The position numbers and the translations under genes are program-made. A stretch of 63,839 nt of DNA, counting the filler, from Asterionella formosa (Eukaryota), in assembly GCA_002256025.1 (NCBI GenBank). It is 7 parts of 7 records of this genome, joined end to end, with 100 filler letters (N's around TTAATTAATTAA, not from the genome) between each part and the next. Parts side by side here need not be neighbours in the genome. Positions count along the whole stretch, not along the records: positions 54,846 to 63,839 come from NKIB01011314.1; 6 more parts are not named here. One strand, 5' to 3'. Numbering within the stretch: the stretch's first letter is position 1; each line of letters begins with the position of its first letter. The notes under the pieces are model-generated. The model did not search any database, was not told where the DNA came from, and worked only from the letters and a program-made list of their open reading frames with translations. Below, one piece after another: positions 59,079-63,839 of this stretch.

Positions 59079-59918
59079 ATGCCAACAGAAGAAAGAAGAG
59101 TAAATCCATCCTGCCACGAAGTCCTCTTGTCCCTCAAGGAAGCTGGATTAATTGCTTCGTGTGACAAAGCAGTTGACGACTTATGTTCAGCTTGGCCCCC
59201 CGACCAGGTCGAGTTTGACGAAGAAGGCAAAGTGGTTCTCCTCAACTTGGGAAATAAACGATTACGACGGGGTCTCCCTGTGGATATCTCCTTTGGCGCC
59301 CTGAATACACTCAATTTGGGTGGAACCGATCTCCCTATTTCCGATACAGTCGACACCTTAACAAAGCTGACTCACACCATCGAAACTCTATACCTAGGAG
59401 GAAACATGCTAAGTAATCGTGGTGCCACTCAAATTGGAATGTGGCTCTCCATTATGAAACCCAAGAACTTGGTACATCTGGATCTTCGATTCAATGAAAT
59501 TGGACCCGAAGGAACAGGTGCACTTTGCCGAGGACTAGAGGCGAATCTAACTGTCCTTCGCCTCTACTTGGAAGGAAATAAACTAGGTGATGACGGCGCG
59601 ACTCATGTGGCAAATCTCTTAAAGGCTGACAACTGTCCGCTGGTGCATCTCTTTTTAGGGGCCAACCAAATTGGTCCCGAAGGAGCGGCACAGCTGGCGG
59701 ATGCTTTGCCAACCAACAAGACTTTGACAAAAATATACCTGGAAGGTAATAGTATTCGAGAAGAGGGAGCAGATGCGTTTGTCAAGGCGCTAACTTGCTG
59801 TCAAACTCAGACGGCCTTGAAGTATTTGTTCTGTGACAATAATGATATTGGCAAGGAAGGGTCCCAGCGACTAGCAAAAGCTTTGAATAGCGACACCGTC
59901 ATTGGCGATTCCCTCTAG
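59079..59918 (+). CDS. RNI-like leucine-rich repeat protein
   Basis: About six 28-aa LxxLxLxxNxIGxxGAxxL repeats. Confidence 0.9.
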   Translation: MPTEERRVNPSCHEVLLSLKEAGLIASCDKAVDDLCSAWPPDQVEFDEEGKVVLLNLGNKRLRRGLPVDISFGALNTLNLGGTDLPISDTVDTLTKLTHTIETLYLGGNMLSNRGATQIGMWLSIMKPKNLVHLDLRFNEIGPEGTGALCRGLEANLTVLRLYLEGNKLGDDGATHVANLLKADNCPLVHLFLGANQIGPEGAAQLADALPTNKTLTKIYLEGNSIREEGADAFVKALTCCQTQTALKYLFCDNNDIGKEGSQRLAKALNSDTVIGDSL

Positions 59919-60645
59919 CTTAGAATTTTCACACAATGAACATAAAATGAACAAAAATCATGGGCAATCCAAAAAGCTCGAATAGAGTCACCTTTGTTAC
60001 CATTTTAGTATTTGTTTGATCTTCAATTCTTACAGTATACTGCTACTCGATATAGATCTCACGAGATCCCCCTCATTTCTGTTTCGATTTTTGTGCTTTT
60101 TCTCCCTCTGAGACAGTAGTACTGCATAATATACTTCATAGTCATGGAAGCACTCTCAATGTACACTTCCATGACTGAATTGGACTTGATTTTACTTCTG
60201 GAACATGATGGTCCAGGAAATAGAGAAATTTTCCGGACACTGGGTGTATGTAACCTTAAACAGTTCTATTAGATGAAAAAACTCATGTTAACTTGAGGGT
60301 CCAGGACCATAAAGTACACAGTTATTTATGTCCATTATCTACAATGATTCCAACTTAATAACTGATGAGGATTTTTGAAGCGAGTATAATATCAATAATG
60401 ATGGTGTACCGGCAGCCGAGTGAAACAAAGAATCTAACAAAATGAGCTCTGCAAATGGTTATTCAGTGTTGATAACTCATGAAGTGTCATGAAATGTACC
60501 CTTGGTCGGTCAAATCGAGTATAGCTTGTAATCTGATACATCAGTTATGTGCCAGGGAAGCAATCATCCCTAGATCAACGGGATCTAGCGTTAGATTAAC
60601 TTGCAAGCAGAAATTATGTTGCCATTGTGGATGCGTCATGATGAT

Positions 60646-62943
60646 TTAGATGTTGGCTCGCTTTTGAACCAAGTGAGGAGCAGCTTTCATCAAGTGTCGT
60701 TGTATCAGTTCATGATTATCAAAACCATCCTTGCAACACAATTTGTACACCAATTCTACTTCCTTGTCATGCCCCAATGCGACAGCAGACTGGAAGAAAA
60801 AACAGTACGTTTCTACAGAAGCTTTCATGTCGAAATGGATTCGTTCGATTATTTGTAATGCAATGTGGAAAGCTTTTTTGCGTGTTGGCCAGTCAAAGGG
60901 TTCAGAATATGCGCAAGCCATCAAGACAGCATTATAGGTTCGGATGTTTGGTTGGATGAATCTATCATTCATTTCAGTTAATATGGCGAATGCCATTTCA
61001 GCTTTAGATTTTGATTTGCTTCTTGCAACAACATTCAAGAATGATGTATATGTGATCACGTTTGGTCTACAGTCCATGTGACCCTCAAATTCATCCAAGC
61101 GTTTCATTTCATTCAATATAGCCTGTACTCTATGCACAGCATTTTCATCTTTGCTTGTTGACCATGCGTGAATGACAGAAGTAAATGTGATTGCATTGGG
61201 CTTGCACCTTTTTTCGCCACTCTTGTAGAGTTTTGTCATTTCCCTCAAATACCTCTCTGCCTTTGTCGCTGCTCTGGGATCACGACTATTGCTCCAAGCC
61301 GATATAAGTGAACTAAATGAATGTACATCGGGTTGTACACCATATGCCTTCATTTGAACAAAAATTTCCTCAGCTTTCTCTGCAGCATCATGACGTCGAC
61401 TTTTCACAAAGGCATTAATCATAGTGGTAAATGTAATCATATTCGGCTTCAAATCCTCATCTCCTGCTTTGTTACGGTCAAGGATGATTTTAAAAAAAGC
61501 TTCTGCCCTATTTGAAGCGTATTTGGATTGCGATTTGGCAAGACAGTCAAGCACTGTGCTGTATGTGCGAATATTTGGTTTCAAATCGTGAAAACCCAAC
61601 TTGTCCATTTCATGCATTTTTTGCAAGATGGCCTCTGCATGGGATACAGCAAGGGGATCATTAGATTTGGCCCATGCGTGCAAGACAGAGGTATACGAAA
61701 TAACACTAGGAAACAAATTTCTGTTGTTCGTTGCTGTTGCCATGGTGTGCATTGCCTCTAGAAGAGCCTCGGCTTTTTGAGCTGCTCCTTTCTCACAGCT
61801 CTTTGCCCATGCATCAATCAGGGATGAAAAGTGGAAACGATTCGGTAAAAGATCTGCGTCCTTTGTTCTATCAAACTCATCAAGAAGTTCTTGTAATATT
61901 GTTTGTGCCTCTTTTGCTCTACCACTCTTTGCAAAGGCAGCGATGACTGTTCCGTACGAAATTGCATTAGGTTTGATTTCTTCGTTTTTCCCACTCCTGT
62001 AAAATTCTTTCATATGCTGAAGTATCTGGTAGCAGCGATCTGCCGATCCAATGTTTTCACTCTTGCACCAAGCATCCATCACTATGCTGAAACTTATTGC
62101 ATCAGGCTGTGGGGATTCTTCTAGAAGCACCTCTGCTCGCTGGGCTGCTCCTGGATGTTGACTTTTGGCCCAGACTGACATGACTATATTGTATGTTTGC
62201 CTGTCTGGTTTCACATTAGCCCAGCCATCACCTGTCAAATCTTTCATTTTCTGTAACAAAGCTTCAGCTCGTTGTGGTGCATCCTCCACTCCACTCTTGG
62301 CCAGCGCATCAATAGCAACGTTAAACACGATAGTATCTGGATGTGGCATTGTGCTTTGAAGGTTCCCTTCCAAAAATGTATGAATAACTTCTTCTGCAAG
62401 ATCATGTGCATTATACTCTCCATTGTTGATAGCCGATTTTATGATCATGGTGTACATTTGACTATCGGGACACAGTTTGGGTACATTTGAATGATATGTG
62501 TGAACCCTTTCCAGAATTTCCCTAGCAGTGACTCCTCCCGGATTAAGCGACCACGCCAATACAACTGCACGGACCAACGCTGTATTCAATTCAACATCTA
62601 ATGATGCTACCTTTGCATTCCTTGTTCGTTCTTCATGGACAGCACGATCCATTAACTGCCACGCCTTTTCGACGCCATTGACTGTATTTAGGTCCTTCCA
62701 ATACCTGATGGCACCCAAGGCTTCTTGCCAATCTTTGCTGCTCCAGCTGCTACTACACCTACTCCTTTTGCTCTCGGAAAAGTCTAGTAATAATAGTCTC
62801 TTGGTGCTCCTTGTCCACTTGTCACTAATGGAAACAGTTGCAGTCGACAGATGTTGCTCTTTCCATGCGATCGGGTGCTGGTATATACTACGGGTATTCG
62901 GAACCACGCAACGTTTGGAAACAAGGATTATTCTCAAAGCCCT
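60646..62943 (-). CDS. Pentatricopeptide repeat (PPR) protein, probably organelle-targeted
   Basis: Many PD/PNxxxYxxVIxAWAKS...AxxAExLL repeats. Basic N-terminus. Start MRALR at 62943 inferred; the ORF extends to 62976. Confidence 0.92.
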   Translation of the reverse strand, partial: RALRIILVSKRCVVPNTRSIYQHPIAWKEQHLSTATVSISDKWTRSTKRLLLLDFSESKRSRCSSSWSSKDWQEALGAIRYWKDLNTVNGVEKAWQLMDRAVHEERTRNAKVASLDVELNTALVRAVVLAWSLNPGGVTAREILERVHTYHSNVPKLCPDSQMYTMIIKSAINNGEYNAHDLAEEVIHTFLEGNLQSTMPHPDTIVFNVAIDALAKSGVEDAPQRAEALLQKMKDLTGDGWANVKPDRQTYNIVMSVWAKSQHPGAAQRAEVLLEESPQPDAISFSIVMDAWCKSENIGSADRCYQILQHMKEFYRSGKNEEIKPNAISYGTVIAAFAKSGRAKEAQTILQELLDEFDRTKDADLLPNRFHFSSLIDAWAKSCEKGAAQKAEALLEAMHTMATATNNRNLFPSVISYTSVLHAWAKSNDPLAVSHAEAILQKMHEMDKLGFHDLKPNIRTYSTVLDCLAKSQSKYASNRAEAFFKIILDRNKAGDEDLKPNMITFTTMINAFVKSRRHDAAEKAEEIFVQMKAYGVQPDVHSFSSLISAWSNSRDPRAATKAERYLREMTKLYKSGEKRCKPNAITFTSVIHAWSTSKDENAVHRVQAILNEMKRLDEFEGHMDCRPNVITYTSFLNVVARSKSKSKAEMAFAILTEMNDRFIQPNIRTYNAVLMACAYSEPFDWPTRKKAFHIALQIIERIHFDMKASVETYCFFFQSAVALGHDKEVELVYKLCCKDGFDNHELIQRHLMKAAPHLVQKRANI

Positions 62944-63839
62944 CATCAGTAGCAACAACAACAACAGCCACAACAAAAATTACCGTCTAGGCCGTGATGC
63001 GTTTTAATATAAACAACAAATTCTACGAAGCCAAATGATGATTCTTGGCTCTGTTCTTTTTGTTTTCAATTATCAGCCTTTTGATACCGGGTAGACATTT
63101 TTGTTATACAAGACCTACCGGTATCTACCGGTAGTTAGTAAATGATCGCAACTTGCTGTGGTAAGGAGTATAACAGACTCGTGATACAAAATACAGCCGT
63201 CTTCCTTCATATGATACCGGTATCTACCCCATGCAGAAAGAAGCCGCAACAACAATGCTGATTAGTGCGAGGTTCGCCCACTCCTAATGGACTGTCTGTG
63301 GTCCAGTCACGTCACATTTCGACCCCTACGACCACTCTGTGAATGATGATACCACGATACCTGGTACCAGGTACCAGGTACCGGTAGTTAGAATGAAGCG
63401 AGCGGTGGTTTGGAGCATTATTATTTTGTAAATGCCTGGGACATACCGATGTCAAGAATATAGCATCAATGGCTATAATGAGTCACAAGGACTGTGGACT
63501 CGACTATAGTCCAATGAGTCAAATGGTGCGTTCCCATGTCAAGAAGCTTGCTAACGAGATTGATGTCTTAGATCAATCAGAAGAAGGTTTACATCAACGA
63601 AAAGGGAACACGAAGAACAGGTTCTCGAAGTGTGATGAATGGGATTGAAACTTAGTTTTAGTTTAATCTTATAATTAAGAAACAGTGAGAATTGACAGAG
63701 TAAGGTCAATAGCGAAAACTAGCACGAAGGCTAGCAGCAGAAAGAAGATAACAATACTAGTGGTATAGCAGGTAAGTTCTACGTAAGAGGAACCCGTCAG
63801 ACGGGAAGGAGTACGAGACCTTTCAACACGCTTTAAAGC

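Overview
Eukaryotic nuclear DNA, most likely from a diatom or a related stramenopile alga. The evidence is short GT-AG introns, a bipartite plastid-targeting peptide on HflX and diatom-type (CoDi-like) Ty1/copia remnants. The window is not one locus. It is seven roughly 9-kb scaffolds of decreasing length (9066, 9062, 9053, 9042, 9012, 9010 and 8994 bp) joined by artificial 100-bp N44-TTAATTAATTAA-N44 spacers, so adjacency across a spacer means nothing. Genes: E2 ubiquitin-conjugating enzyme (partial), Nup153/Nup1-like FG nucleoporin, plastid HflX, UTP14, GH28 glycosidase, RPS8, two ABCC transporters, a two-pore K+ channel (partial), a phytol/dolichol-kinase-like CTP-transferase, MRE11, a DJ-1 fusion protein, a trypsin-like protease, NSE1, an RNI-like LRR protein and a PPR protein. 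Scaffold 3 (18329-27381) has no host gene. It holds decayed Harbinger, copia, LINE and DIRS fragments plus two ~190-bp tandem arrays. I found no clear multi-gene novel system. The best leads are: a strongly over-represented intergenic palindrome TACCGGTA/TACCWGGTA; a candidate tRNA-derived SINE; a structured H/ACA-like element in the RPS8 intron; a RING-less NSE1; a catalytically altered DJ-1 fused to an unnamed domain; and an intronless bacterial-type GH28. All calls were made by eye, without database searches.
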